Shown one piece after another: positions 47,450 through 57,292 of a DNA stretch of 57,323 bases. The notes below the pieces were generated by a model. That model had not been told where the DNA came from. It saw nothing but the letters and a program-made list of their open reading frames with translations, and searched no databases. The position numbers and the translations under genes are program-made. Source of the stretch: Candidatus Aenigmatarchaeota archaeon (lineage in GTDB: Archaea > Aenigmatarchaeota > Aenigmatarchaeia > GW2011-AR5); NCBI GenBank assembly GCA_043799385.1, contig JAZDNV010000030.1, positions 1 to 57,323 of the forward strand, written 5' to 3'. The first letter of the stretch is position 1, and the number at the start of each line of letters is the position of its first letter.

Positions 47450-49216
47450 TTATTTAACCGTGACGCTCTTCGCAAGATTTCTCGGCCTGTCTGGATCGCA
47501 GCCGCGCAGCAATGCGAGCTTGTATGCGAGTATCTGCATCGGAATTATCTGGCATATGGTATTTAATTCACCTGCTTCACGAACCTTGATGAAAAAATCG
47601 AATACATCATTATTCTTTGGACCAACGCCAACAATGTATGCTCCACGGGACTTTAATTCCATGGCATTGCTTATCGTCTCCTTTTCGTTCTCATCAGAAG
47701 TGAATACGATGCAAGGCGTTCCGTGCTCGATTAGCGCAATGCTGCCATGCTTCAATTCGCCACCGGCGTATGCCTCGGCGTGAATGTACGAGACTTCTTT
47801 TATCTTTAACGCCGCCTCTAGTGCAGTCGGATACTGCAAACCGCGCCCGATGAGATAGATGTGCTCAGTGTATCTTAATTTCTCTGCCAGCTGCTTGATG
47901 TAGTTCCTCATGTTCAGCGACGTAAGGTAATAAATATATCTGTTCAATTCTTTCAGCTTTTCTTTTCCCTCATCAAATTTTTCGGCCAGCTCGTACGCCA
48001 GCAGAGCAAGTATTGCCAACTGCGAAGTATAGGCTTTCGTCGAGACGACAGATATCTCCGGTCCTGCCCTTTGCATTATTGATTTGTGCGACTCTCTCAT
48101 CAACGTAGAACCCATTGCATTTGTTATTGAAACTACCTTTGCGCCTACAGCCTTCGCCGCGCGAATCGCAGCAAGCGTATCAGCCGTTTCGCCACTTTGA
48201 GAAACAGCGATTATCAGGCTTTCTGGTGTCAGGAAATGCTGAAAATTCGGAAACTCGGAAGCAACGCAGAAGTTTATATGCCTCTTCGCAATCTTGGAAA
48301 ATAAATACACACCGTGCATGCATGCATACGCCGCCGTACCGCATGCGACGATATACGTACCGTTCGCTTTTCTTATCTCTTCCGCCAAGTCTTTTATTAT
48401 CTCGTCATTCAGCATTGATGCGCGCGATATGACGTCTGCCTGTTCGACAATCTCCTTAATGAAGAAGTGGTCGAATTCTCCCTTTTTCGCCTGCTCGGCA
48501 TCCCAGTCTATTGTCGTTATCGGCCGTTCAACAAACGAATCCTGGACAAGATTAAAAATTTTCAACGCATCATCGGCTATGACCATATCGCGCTCCTCAA
48601 GGAACACAACGTTTTTCGTATAGTCAAGGAAAGCTGGTATGTCTGAAGCGATGAAGAACTCGTCCTTGCCGACGCCGACTACAAGCGGCGCTTCTTTTCG
48701 CACGGCAACAAGCTTATTTTCATCCCTATGGAAAGCGACAATCGCATATTGCCCCTCCAAATGCTTGAACGAACGCTTAACGGATTCAACAAAATCATAG
48801 CCTTTTCTCATGTGATACTCTATCGTATTAGGAATCGTTTCCGTGTCCGTTTCAGAATAAAAAACAAATCCCTGCTCTTTCAAGAATTTTTGCTGGTCCT
48901 GGAAATTTTCTATTATGCCATTATGAACGACCACGATCTTTCCGTTGTTCGATACATGCGGGTGCGCATTGCTTTCCGTCACGCCTCCGTGCGTTGCCCA
49001 TCTAGTGTGCGCTATTCCTATTCTTCCGCTTATTTCTTTATCAATTTTTCCTTCAAGATTAGCCACTTCGCCTGTGGATTTGAAAGAATGCAAATCGTCG
49101 CTAAGTATTGTTATTCCAGCTGAATCATAACCACGATATTCCAGTTTCTTTAGCGAATCGATGAGATTTGTTATAGGAAACCCTTTCTTCGAGATTATGC
49201 CTATTATGCCGCACAT
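47450..49216 (-). CDS. glmS: Glutamine--fructose-6-phosphate transaminase
   Basis: MCGI, LEYRGYDSAG, HTRWATHG, SQSGET, PRNLAKSVT. Confidence 0.98.
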   Translation of the reverse strand: MCGIIGIISKKGFPITNLIDSLKKLEYRGYDSAGITILSDDLHSFKSTGEVANLEGKIDKEISGRIGIAHTRWATHGGVTESNAHPHVSNNGKIVVVHNGIIENFQDQQKFLKEQGFVFYSETDTETIPNTIEYHMRKGYDFVESVKRSFKHLEGQYAIVAFHRDENKLVAVRKEAPLVVGVGKDEFFIASDIPAFLDYTKNVVFLEERDMVIADDALKIFNLVQDSFVERPITTIDWDAEQAKKGEFDHFFIKEIVEQADVISRASMLNDEIIKDLAEEIRKANGTYIVACGTAAYACMHGVYLFSKIAKRHINFCVASEFPNFQHFLTPESLIIAVSQSGETADTLAAIRAAKAVGAKVVSITNAMGSTLMRESHKSIMQRAGPEISVVSTKAYTSQLAILALLAYELAEKFDEGKEKLKELNRYIYYLTSLNMRNYIKQLAEKLRYTEHIYLIGRGLQYPTALEAALKIKEVSYIHAEAYAGGELKHGSIALIEHGTPCIVFTSDENEKETISNAMELKSRGAYIVGVGPKNNDVFDFFIKVREAGELNTICQIIPMQILAYKLALLRGCDPDRPRNLAKSVTVK

Positions 49217-49304
49217 ATCTTATCCCTTGTTCGATACGCTTAAATAGTTTTATTAAAAAAATTGTATAACTACTAAAAAAATATTTTTAATATGTGGTGC
49301 CGTT

Positions 49305-50207
49305 ATGCATGTAGTGAAAGAAGAGAATGGCAAAATTTGCCTGCTTGATTCGAAGGAACTAACCGCTTTAAATTTTTCACGTTCAGCGTTGGCGATGAAG
49401 ATCCTAACTCTACTCGCAAAGAAGCAAAGCTATCCTAAAGAGATTGCGAAACGATTGAACGTGCATGAGCAAAAAGTTTATTATCACATGCGGAACATGG
49501 AAAAATCCGGGATAATAAAAATTGCCCGCAAGGAGGAGCATGGCGGCGCGATGGCAAAAATCTATGCACTTACAAAACCGTCATTCTTTATCCGCTTCAA
49601 GGATTTCGAATTAGCTAATCGCATACCAAGGTCGGGCAATTGTTTTTTGGAGCCGTTCATCGCTAATGGCAGTTTAGATGCAAAGATAGTCGTTGGCAGC
49701 CCTGATCCGCACGGACCGGAAAAAGCGCGGGCGCGTGACATAAGCTATGCGATCGAGCTTGCATTATTCCTGGGCACGTTCATCAATAACTTCAACAAAT
49801 CTTCAACCGTATTCGACACTGACATGCATGAGGATGATTTGAAAAACAATCTAATACTGATAGGCGGTCCTGTAACAAACAAGATAACCAGAAAAATAAA
49901 CGAGCGATTGCCGGTAAGATTCGATGACAAGAAAAATATAATATCAACATTATCAAAAAGAAAATACATAACAGATGAATCAGGGATTATCGTCAAAATA
50001 AAAAATCCGTACGACGAATCAAAAAAGATTCTTGTAATAGCAGGAAAGCGATATTCAGGCACGAAGGCAGCGATACTCGCGCTGTTGAAAAATCTAGACG
50101 AAATCGGCAAAGGCAACAAGCACAACAAAAAGATAGATGCAAAAGTCGTTGAAGGTTTGGACAGCGATTATGACGGTATCACTGACGACGTAAGGATTCT
50201 GGAATGA
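49305..50207 (+). CDS. ArsR-like wHTH regulator with C-terminal alpha/beta (S-layer C-like) domain
   Basis: YPKEIAKRL..HEQKVYYH; NLILIGGPVTN. Confidence 0.75.
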   Translation: MHVVKEENGKICLLDSKELTALNFSRSALAMKILTLLAKKQSYPKEIAKRLNVHEQKVYYHMRNMEKSGIIKIARKEEHGGAMAKIYALTKPSFFIRFKDFELANRIPRSGNCFLEPFIANGSLDAKIVVGSPDPHGPEKARARDISYAIELALFLGTFINNFNKSSTVFDTDMHEDDLKNNLILIGGPVTNKITRKINERLPVRFDDKKNIISTLSKRKYITDESGIIVKIKNPYDESKKILVIAGKRYSGTKAAILALLKNLDEIGKGNKHNKKIDAKVVEGLDSDYDGITDDVRILE

Positions 50208-50214
50208 TTAATTA

Positions 50215-50553
50215 TCAAGCACTGCATATTTTGCTTTTTCTGTACGCAAAGAATGCCATTGTCTTTGCTCTGTCCACGGCTTCCATAAAGGCGTGCTTGT
50301 TTTCGCCTGAAGGTAAATGCGGCAGTGCATCCCTGATTTCCCTTAAAGTTTCGATAGGGTTCGCCAGTCCCCTGAAATAATTAGCAACACCCGTGATAAC
50401 ATTAACCCTCGTCGCTATTGCATAGTTGCTTTGCGGTTGTTCCTTGGAAAACTCCTCTAGCAACATCCTTGCGGCATCCTGTATAGTTCCCACAGTAGGT
50501 ATAACACGACTATATGCAGGAGTTTTAACATCATAGGGTTCTGTTGTTGTCAT
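50215..50553 (-). CDS. Hypothetical protein
   Basis: ORF with ATG 50553 after GTGA. Confidence 0.55.
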   Translation of the reverse strand: MTTTEPYDVKTPAYSRVIPTVGTIQDAARMLLEEFSKEQPQSNYAIATRVNVITGVANYFRGLANPIETLREIRDALPHLPSGENKHAFMEAVDRAKTMAFFAYRKSKICSA

Positions 50554-50558
50554 AAATA

Positions 50559-50873
50559 TCACACAAATTCGCATGCATATTCTGCCAGGATCCTGCTTCT
50601 TGACGGATGCCTTAATTTTCTCAGCGCCTTTTCTTCTCTAGCGCGTGCTGCAGGGGTTATTTCCTCAGGATTTTTTGGGGAACAGCCGATACCGTAATTC
50701 TCGCATAAAACTCTTCGCTCTTTTAGCGTCAGGGTTCCCATAACCCTCTGGAGGTCTATGCGTAATTCGGTCAGTTCTATGGCTTTATCTGCCGGCATTA
50801 TTATATTGCAGACGCCATTCTGGACCAAACAATAATCATTTATTCCTCCATTATCTCCAACACAATATGCCAT
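50559..50873 (-). CDS. Sigma70 region 4-like protein
   Basis: LTLKERRVL..YG...KALRKLRHPSRS; GGTGA SD. Confidence 0.7.
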   Translation of the reverse strand: MAYCVGDNGGINDYCLVQNGVCNIIMPADKAIELTELRIDLQRVMGTLTLKERRVLCENYGIGCSPKNPEEITPAARAREEKALRKLRHPSRSRILAEYACEFV

Positions 50874-50892
50874 AAAAATCACCAAAAAATAA

Positions 50893-51822
50893 CTAGGAAG
50901 TTTCCTCTTCCTCCTTCGCCTTTTTCTCTACTTCCTCTTCTATATTGAGCGCCTCGGCCATCTCCTTGTAGCGGTTCCTGATTGTTACTTCTGTTACGCC
51001 GACTACGTCTGCGACTTCGCGCTGAGTTTTTCTTTCTCCTTCCAATACTGAGGCGATGTATATAGCCGCAGCTGCGCAACCGCACGGTCCCTTGCCGCTT
51101 ATAACATCTTTTTCTTTTGCGCTCTTCAGTATCTTTATCGCATGCATCTGCGTTTTGTCAGATAGCTTCAGCATAGACGAGAATCTTGGAATATAAGCTT
51201 CAGCACGAGCAGGCAATATCCTCATATCCAGTTTTCTTGATATGTAACGATACGTCCTTCCTAGTTCTCTTTTTCCGATACCTGAAGCCTGAGATATTTC
51301 TGTTAGCGTTCTCGGCGTTTCGTATTCACGTGACAATGAGTATACCAGAGCGGCAATTATGCTCTCTATGCTTCTGCCGCGAACCAGGCCTTTCTGCAAT
51401 GCTTTTTCGTACAGCTTCGCGACTTCTTCGTGCAAAGTTTTTGGAAGACCGAGGAATGAAACCAGTCTCTGCAATTCGCTCATTGCAAAGCTCATGTTCC
51501 TATCCTTGCTCGTAAGAAGGCGCTTTTGCCATTTCCTTATCCTGAAATACTGGCTTCTTTTTTTCGCCGGAACTTTGAATAATTCAGTAGCTCCTTTTCC
51601 TATCTCAGTCGTCAGTCCTTTATCATGCCTCTTGTACGTCAGCGGAGCGCCTGTTCTGGCTCTCTTTACGCGTTGATCATGATCGAAAGCGCGCCATTCC
51701 TGACCTACGTCAACCATACCCTCTTCCATCACTAGACCGCACTTGGCGCATACCAATTCTGCGCGTTCAGGGTCCTTGTAAAATTGCTTTGAGCCGCATT
51801 CGGGACATTTTAAGTTTGACAT
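50893..51822 (-). CDS. tfb: Transcription initiation factor IIB
   Basis: CPECG zinc ribbon, EWRAF, RGRS, VTEVTIRNRYKE. Confidence 0.98.
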   Translation of the reverse strand: MSNLKCPECGSKQFYKDPERAELVCAKCGLVMEEGMVDVGQEWRAFDHDQRVKRARTGAPLTYKRHDKGLTTEIGKGATELFKVPAKKRSQYFRIRKWQKRLLTSKDRNMSFAMSELQRLVSFLGLPKTLHEEVAKLYEKALQKGLVRGRSIESIIAALVYSLSREYETPRTLTEISQASGIGKRELGRTYRYISRKLDMRILPARAEAYIPRFSSMLKLSDKTQMHAIKILKSAKEKDVISGKGPCGCAAAAIYIASVLEGERKTQREVADVVGVTEVTIRNRYKEMAEALNIEEEVEKKAKEEEETS

Positions 51823-51901
51823 ATTATCACCATATCACCAGAACCCATACACCTAGTAATTAATCACTGTTTTGCAGTAACAAGTGTAAGCGTTCATAAA
51901 C

Positions 51902-51990
51902 TTATCCTTTATGGGATAAAGTATTTAAAGATTTCCCTCTTTAAATACCACCCAGTATTTAAAGATATGTTTTGGCGGTTTTAAACATAT
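51902..51990. promoter_or_regulatory. Divergent TFB/histone promoter region with inverted repeats
   Basis: GTATTTAAAG-N8-CTTTAAATAC, repeated GTATTTAAAGAT, TTTAAA boxes. Confidence 0.5.
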
Positions 51991-52008
51991 TTCCGTACAA
52001 TAACTAAT

Positions 52009-52212
52009 ATGCTTCCGCTGCTTCCGTTCGAGAGAATAGCGAAAAAGGTCGGCGTCAAGCGCGTATCGAAAGACGCGCTGGAAGAACTGCGCGACATTGT
52101 CGAAGAGTATTCGATGGATATTGCTGAAAAAGCCGTGCGCCTCTCGCGCCACGCGGACAGGAGAACAGTAAAAGAAGACGATGTCGAGTTCGTTGTCAAG
52201 AAAGGCATTTAG
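52009..52212 (+). CDS. Archaeal histone (HMf-like)
   Basis: LP..PFERI.K..G..RVS.DA, A.HADRRTVK.DD. Confidence 0.93.
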   Translation: MLPLLPFERIAKKVGVKRVSKDALEELRDIVEEYSMDIAEKAVRLSRHADRRTVKEDDVEFVVKKGI

Positions 52213-52217
52213 CTATT

Positions 52218-52433
52218 GTGGTTCATATGGGATTCTTTAATAGATTCATAGCAGGGATTGCTTCAGAATCAATGATTTATGATATGATGAACAGAGAGCC
52301 AGAAAAGCTGGGAAGAATAACGGAGTACATTGATAGACATGATTACCCGTGGTCGAACGACCGGGAGGGTAATAGGATTTTCTGGCAAACTTACAGAAAG
52401 ATGGTTATTGAACCTGCTGTTGTGAGGAATTAA
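52218..52433 (+). CDS. Hypothetical protein
   Basis: Short ORF filling the intergenic gap. Confidence 0.5.
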   Translation: MVHMGFFNRFIAGIASESMIYDMMNREPEKLGRITEYIDRHDYPWSNDREGNRIFWQTYRKMVIEPAVVRN

Positions 52434-52434
52434 G

Positions 52435-52959
52435 TTACGCGCACTCCTCGTATGCTTTTCTTATTGCAAGGATGTTCTTTTCTGCCAGATCTTTAGGAAA
52501 CCGTTCCTTTATCGCTTCCTCCAGATTCTTCATCGATACGAGATTAGTCGCTTTGGCGAAAGCGCCCAGCATCGCTGTGTTGACAATCGCCTTGCCAAGA
52601 ACATCGATAGCAATTTTTGTCGCATTGACGTTGAAGACCTTGAAATCCTTTATCTTAATCTTATTTTCAGAGTTGATGACAATCATTCCGTTCTTCTTCA
52701 ACCCCTTTGTTATATCTATTGAATATAGCAACGACGAATCTAGCACGAGAAGATAATCCGGTTCATATATATGCGTTCGTATGTTGATGAATTTGTTGTC
52801 AATTCTGCAATACGCCTCAACGGGCGCTCCGCTTCGCTCTGGCCCGAAAGAAGGGAAGGCCTGCGAATATTTCCCGGCCTTGAATACGGCTATAGCGAGT
52901 ACTTCAGAAGCAGTGACCGCTCCCTGACCGCCGCGGCCATGTATCCGTATTTCAATCAT
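52435..52959 (-). CDS. porG: Pyruvate/2-oxoacid:ferredoxin oxidoreductase gamma subunit
   Basis: MIEIRIHGRGGQGAVT, FGPERSGAPV, NTAMLGA; start reassigned to 52959. Confidence 0.93.
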   Translation of the reverse strand: MIEIRIHGRGGQGAVTASEVLAIAVFKAGKYSQAFPSFGPERSGAPVEAYCRIDNKFINIRTHIYEPDYLLVLDSSLLYSIDITKGLKKNGMIVINSENKIKIKDFKVFNVNATKIAIDVLGKAIVNTAMLGAFAKATNLVSMKNLEEAIKERFPKDLAEKNILAIRKAYEECA

Positions 52960-53022
52960 AATAATCTCTTGTCTTAATGATTGCTCGAAACAATTTAAAT
53001 TCTTTCTCCAAATAAAGCGATT

Positions 53023-53718
53023 ATGATTGTCGCAGTAATGCCTGCTTATAATGAAGAAAAATCGATAGCAGACGTAATCAAGGAAACAAAAAAATACGTT
53101 GACAGAGTGATGGTAATTGATGATTGCTCTGCTGACAATACTGCAACTGTTGCAAAAAAGTCCGGAGCATTGGTGATAAGACATAAAATGAATTCCGGCC
53201 TTGGCTCCTCGCTGCGAACTGGATTCAAGGAAGCGCTGAAGATGCGCGCAGACGTGATAATAACGATAGACGCGGATGGACAGCACGACCCGAACGACAT
53301 ACCAAAATTCATAGAAAAAATAAAATCTGGTTATGATTTTGTTCTTGGCGAACGCAATTTGCGACGCTATCCGTTCCTTAAAAAATTCGGCAACTTCTTT
53401 CTGTGCATGGCTACGAATTTCATATCTGGAACGAATCTCAACGATACGGAAAGCGGTTTCCGCGCATTTAAAAGAAATGCTCTGGAAAAATTCTACCTGA
53501 AGTCAGAACGCTACCAGATAGCAGTGGAAATAATATTCGAAGTAGGCAGAAATAACCTGAAAACAATAAATGTTCCGATATCCTCGCCAAAATACGTACG
53601 AGGCGTCGGCGTTATGGATGGTTTCAGGAATTTCTTGTTTTTAATGCATCGTAGAGAGCGAAACTGGATAAGCTATCTGGAAGACATAAGATATGTTCTG
53701 AGAAAATGGCTGTATTAA
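53023..53718 (+). CDS. GT2 glycosyltransferase (DPM synthase-like)
   Basis: MPAYNEE, DDCS.D, DADGQH, DTESGFRAF. Confidence 0.92.
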   Translation: MIVAVMPAYNEEKSIADVIKETKKYVDRVMVIDDCSADNTATVAKKSGALVIRHKMNSGLGSSLRTGFKEALKMRADVIITIDADGQHDPNDIPKFIEKIKSGYDFVLGERNLRRYPFLKKFGNFFLCMATNFISGTNLNDTESGFRAFKRNALEKFYLKSERYQIAVEIIFEVGRNNLKTINVPISSPKYVRGVGVMDGFRNFLFLMHRRERNWISYLEDIRYVLRKWLY

Positions 53719-54572
53719 TGGTCTAACTTCACGCCTGATTCTTCCAATGTCATTCGTATTCCGTCTACAATGCTCACCTTTGGCTCCCAGCCAAGGCCCT
53801 TTATCTTTGTTATATCTGCTCTGCTTCGGCTTATCTCGTTCTCGTGAGGCATAGTGAATTTCGCTAGCGGCTTTGCATTCGCTATCTCCTTGACTATGTC
53901 CATCAGCTGCAATACGGATGTCTCTTTTCCACTACCAACATTGTATATTCCAGAGTTCTCAACACCGAGCAGCAACGCATCAACGATATCAGAAACGTGA
54001 ATAAAGTCTCGCGTCTGCAAACCATTACCGTAGACGTTGAATTCATCGTAATTCGGTATTTTTTTGCACAGCTTGTTCACGAAGCTGTTGCCGCCCTTTC
54101 CGTATGTATTGAAAAGCCGTGCAACGAATGCGTTCTTCAGTATCTTTTCTGATTTCAATTTGCTTTTTCCATACTGCGACAGCGGCTTGCATTCGCCTTC
54201 TTCGTTATTCGGTATTTTTCCGTTTCCGTAGACAGCAGCTGAAGAAGTGTATATCAGCTTTACGCCGAACTCTTCTGCGATATCGGCAATGCTTTTCGTT
54301 GCCAGAAAATTTGTCTGGTATACCAAATCGTCATTAGCATCGCGTAGCTCAGTTATCGCAGCCAGATGAAAGCATGCTTCGCAATCCTTCATCGCCTTGC
54401 CAACATCGTCTGGGATGCGCACATCGCCGACGATTAGCTTTGCCCTCTTGTTCAGATTCTCCTTTTTTCCAGTAGAAATGTTATCAAGAACAACTACTTC
54501 ATTACCAAGCTCGATTAATCTGTTTACAAGATGTGTTCCTATAAATCCGCAGCCGCCTGTAACGAGAATCAT
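53715..54572 (-). CDS. NAD-dependent epimerase/dehydratase
   Basis: TGGCGFIG, SSAAVYG, YGKSK, RDFIHV. Confidence 0.93.
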   Translation of the reverse strand: MILVTGGCGFIGTHLVNRLIELGNEVVVLDNISTGKKENLNKRAKLIVGDVRIPDDVGKAMKDCEACFHLAAITELRDANDDLVYQTNFLATKSIADIAEEFGVKLIYTSSAAVYGNGKIPNNEEGECKPLSQYGKSKLKSEKILKNAFVARLFNTYGKGGNSFVNKLCKKIPNYDEFNVYGNGLQTRDFIHVSDIVDALLLGVENSGIYNVGSGKETSVLQLMDIVKEIANAKPLAKFTMPHENEISRSRADITKIKGLGWEPKVSIVDGIRMTLEESGVKLDH

Positions 54573-54676
54573 TTTATCACTCTTATTATATTCTGTTAAT
54601 TGCTTATATTCTTATATCCTGCAAAAATTATTTATTTAAAACGGTTATAATTAGATTAATTTTTGTGTGGTTGCTT

Positions 54677-55906
54677 CTAGAATTCAAATCCTTTTCCTAC
54701 TATTGCTATATAGTCAGGTTTTTCATCTCCAACGTCGAATCCCCTCCTCAAATCTTCCCTGTAGTCATGCCCTATTATTGTGCCTGGTGGAATCCTTACG
54801 TCCTTGTCTATTATAGCTCGCCTTATATCGCAACCAGGGCCTACCTGAACTCGTTCGCCTAAAATAGAATCCGATATTCTGGCATCCTGCATGATTACCA
54901 TAGGTGAGATTATAGATTTTGAAACCACGGTATTGCCGCCAAGAATACATCCTGGTGAAACAAGCGAGCCGTCGCTGAGTTTTGCAGGCGGCAGATTTCC
55001 GCTATATACGGACCAGAAAGGCCACCTCTTTCCATATAAATTGAATTTAGGAGTTGCTCCAACCAGATCCATGCTTGCTTTATAGTATGAATGTACCTTA
55101 CCAACATCCATCCAGTATCCTGAATCAGGGCTTTCGGCAACAACGACATTTCTCATGCCGTCCCTCATCTCATATAATTCTTCTATTATCTTGTTCTCTT
55201 TTGTATAATTATACGCAGAGATTTTGTGAAGACCGAGCATATTCGGTACGATATTCCTTCCTATGTCTATACCTCCGTCACTGAAAACATCCATCAAAAC
55301 CTTCGCGTCAAAGATGTATATTCCCATTGATGCAAGAACGCTTTCTTCCTTCGGCATTTCCCGTGGCTTCTCCCTGAATCCTGTAACCATTGGACCATCG
55401 ACATCAATAATTCCGAAATCTTTTGCCCTCTCTTTTGGAACCTCGATTGTCGATATTGTTAGTGCTGTTCCGTTTCTTTTATGATTTTCAATATGATATC
55501 GTATGAATGGTCTGTAATCCATTTTGTAGACATGGTCGCCTGAAAGTATCACGACGTAATCAGGTTTTTCGTTCCTCACTATATCCATGTTTAATCTTAT
55601 AGCATCTGCCGAGCCCTTGTACCATTCCATTTCGGTCTGCCCGGGAGCGATTGAATGTATGTGAAAATGACGTTGAATCTTCCATTCATCAAAGTGGTCG
55701 TTCAGTGATTTCGCCTTTGCCTGTACTAGAAAATAGTTATGGTCCTTCAGACCAGAATTGTATAAGTTGTTTAGAGCGAAATCTATTATTCTGTATATTC
55801 CGCCGAAAGGTACTGACGGTTTTAACCTATCAGTTGTAAGGGCCTTAATCCTCGTACCCGCGCCTCCTGCCGGCGTCAATGAAATACATTCTGGCATAAC
55901 AATCAT
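54677..55906 (-). CDS. glgC: Glucose-1-phosphate adenylyltransferase family protein
   Basis: AGGAGTR, KPSVPFGGIYRIIDF, YKGSADA, LSGDHVYKMDY, ASMGIYIF; start ATG 55906 or 55897. Confidence 0.85.
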   Translation of the reverse strand: MIVMPECISLTPAGGAGTRIKALTTDRLKPSVPFGGIYRIIDFALNNLYNSGLKDHNYFLVQAKAKSLNDHFDEWKIQRHFHIHSIAPGQTEMEWYKGSADAIRLNMDIVRNEKPDYVVILSGDHVYKMDYRPFIRYHIENHKRNGTALTISTIEVPKERAKDFGIIDVDGPMVTGFREKPREMPKEESVLASMGIYIFDAKVLMDVFSDGGIDIGRNIVPNMLGLHKISAYNYTKENKIIEELYEMRDGMRNVVVAESPDSGYWMDVGKVHSYYKASMDLVGATPKFNLYGKRWPFWSVYSGNLPPAKLSDGSLVSPGCILGGNTVVSKSIISPMVIMQDARISDSILGERVQVGPGCDIRRAIIDKDVRIPPGTIIGHDYREDLRRGFDVGDEKPDYIAIVGKGFEF

Positions 55907-55940
55907 GGAATAGGATGACTGAAAAGTTCTTATACCTTTA

Positions 55941-56744
55941 TCAGAATTTGTAACCCAGCTTCTCAAAAATCTTTTTCATCTTCAACGAGTCTTTCCACGT
56001 TATTGGCGATTCGCTGATTATCGTCGCGTTGATTTTTCTCTTCAGCAATTCTCTTGCAAACGGCTCGAACTCTGGTTTTGAGAGATTTAGATGATTCAAT
56101 TCCCCTTTCGATGAATAGTTTATTCCGGAGAAATGAAAGTTGAGATGATCTCTTTTCAGCGCATTGACCTTATCAAGAACTTCCGCATAATCTATCTTGC
56201 CATTATTTCGCGCGTATAGGTGCGCCAAATCGATGCATAAACCGCACTTCAGCTCTTTTGCAATTGCTATCGTTTCATCCAACGAGCCGAAAGCGCTGTG
56301 CTTTCCTGTTGTCTCCGGCGCAAGACGCACGTTCCATTTCTTTTCCTTTATCACGCTCATAATATCCCGCATCTCCTCCTTCACGCGTTGATATGTCTGC
56401 TCTTTGCTTAGCTTGCCGAAGTATGCTGGATGGAAGACGATGTTCGTTGCTCGATTCCATGCGAATAAGTGGCCGCGCTCGCACGAGTCCAAAATTCGCT
56501 TCTTGCTTTCATCAATCTTTCTCTTTTCTTCTGATACCAAGTTTATGAAATACGGCGCGTGCACGCTAAGTTCGATTTGCTCTTTCTTTGCTGTTTCGCC
56601 TACTTGTTTAGCAAGCAACAATGACATCTTGACGCCATGGCTGAATTGCACTTCCATCGCCTGCAGTCCAAGTTTCTTAACAGCAACGATGCCTTCCATC
56701 GTGCTTTTCGCTGGCGAACCGGCAGGACCAAGTAAAATTTGCAT
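55941..56744 (-). CDS. nfo: Endonuclease IV (AP endonuclease 2)
   Basis: SVHAPYFINL, VFHP, PETTGK, CIDLAH, HFSG, ISES. Confidence 0.88.
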   Translation of the reverse strand: MQILLGPAGSPAKSTMEGIVAVKKLGLQAMEVQFSHGVKMSLLLAKQVGETAKKEQIELSVHAPYFINLVSEEKRKIDESKKRILDSCERGHLFAWNRATNIVFHPAYFGKLSKEQTYQRVKEEMRDIMSVIKEKKWNVRLAPETTGKHSAFGSLDETIAIAKELKCGLCIDLAHLYARNNGKIDYAEVLDKVNALKRDHLNFHFSGINYSSKGELNHLNLSKPEFEPFARELLKRKINATIISESPITWKDSLKMKKIFEKLGYKF

Positions 56745-56769
56745 GAATAAAATATAGAATAAGTTTTAT

Positions 56770-57075
56770 TTAAATCGGGGTAACATCGTATCCAAGTCCT
56801 TTTATGGCAGGCAACAATAAGTTATTCACGGCCGATTTGTCTCCTTTAACTTTGACCGTCATCTTTGCCTTGATATACCCTCTTGGCATCTTGCCATCTT
56901 CAATTACAGGTGTCAAACCAGAGCACGATATACCGCAGCCGTTATTTCCATGGTTGTATTCGTTCAAGAAATTGTAGAGCCTCTCTGACATTTTGCCAAG
57001 TTTATGTTTTACTTCTTTGCTAGTTCCAGTAACCGCATGGCCTTGAAGTGAATAGTGAAACCTTTCCATACTCAT
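56770..57075 (-). CDS. Hypothetical protein
   Basis: 101-aa ATG ORF filling the gap. Confidence 0.55.
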   Translation of the reverse strand: MSMERFHYSLQGHAVTGTSKEVKHKLGKMSERLYNFLNEYNHGNNGCGISCSGLTPVIEDGKMPRGYIKAKMTVKVKGDKSAVNNLLLPAIKGLGYDVTPI

Positions 57076-57136
57076 TCAAATTTGTTCAAGGATTTAAAAT
57101 TATTGCAATGAAAGCGCTTGGAAATATTAATATAGG

Positions 57137-57292
57137 CTATGCTACCAGCTTCATTACGATGACGATGGCTGTGAAGAAAACGCTTATCATAATTATGTGC
57201 TCAGGCTTGAGCTTTATTGCCGTATCCTCGTCATAGTAGCGTATAAGTCCTGCCGTGCTCTGTGGCATGTAGCCCTTTTCCTTTTCTGACAT
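57137..57292 (-). CDS. Preprotein translocase subunit Sec61-beta/SecG
   Basis: Not in ORF track; MSEKEKGYMPQSTAGLIRYYDEDTAIKLKPEH plus one TM. Confidence 0.9.
   Translation of the reverse strand: MSEKEKGYMPQSTAGLIRYYDEDTAIKLKPEHIIMISVFFTAIVIVMKLVA

Noticed and set aside
52960..53286. Long N-terminal extension of the POR gamma ORF
   Set aside because: Antisense to the GT2 gene; real start at MIEIRIHGRGG. Extensions on eL15, GlgC and 32669-33352 were trimmed for similar reasons.
1268..57236. Numerous short antisense or out-of-frame ORFs in the track (e.g. 1268-1465, 25515-26093, 43138-43683)
   Set aside because: Shadow ORFs overlapping well-supported genes, with no recognisable motifs
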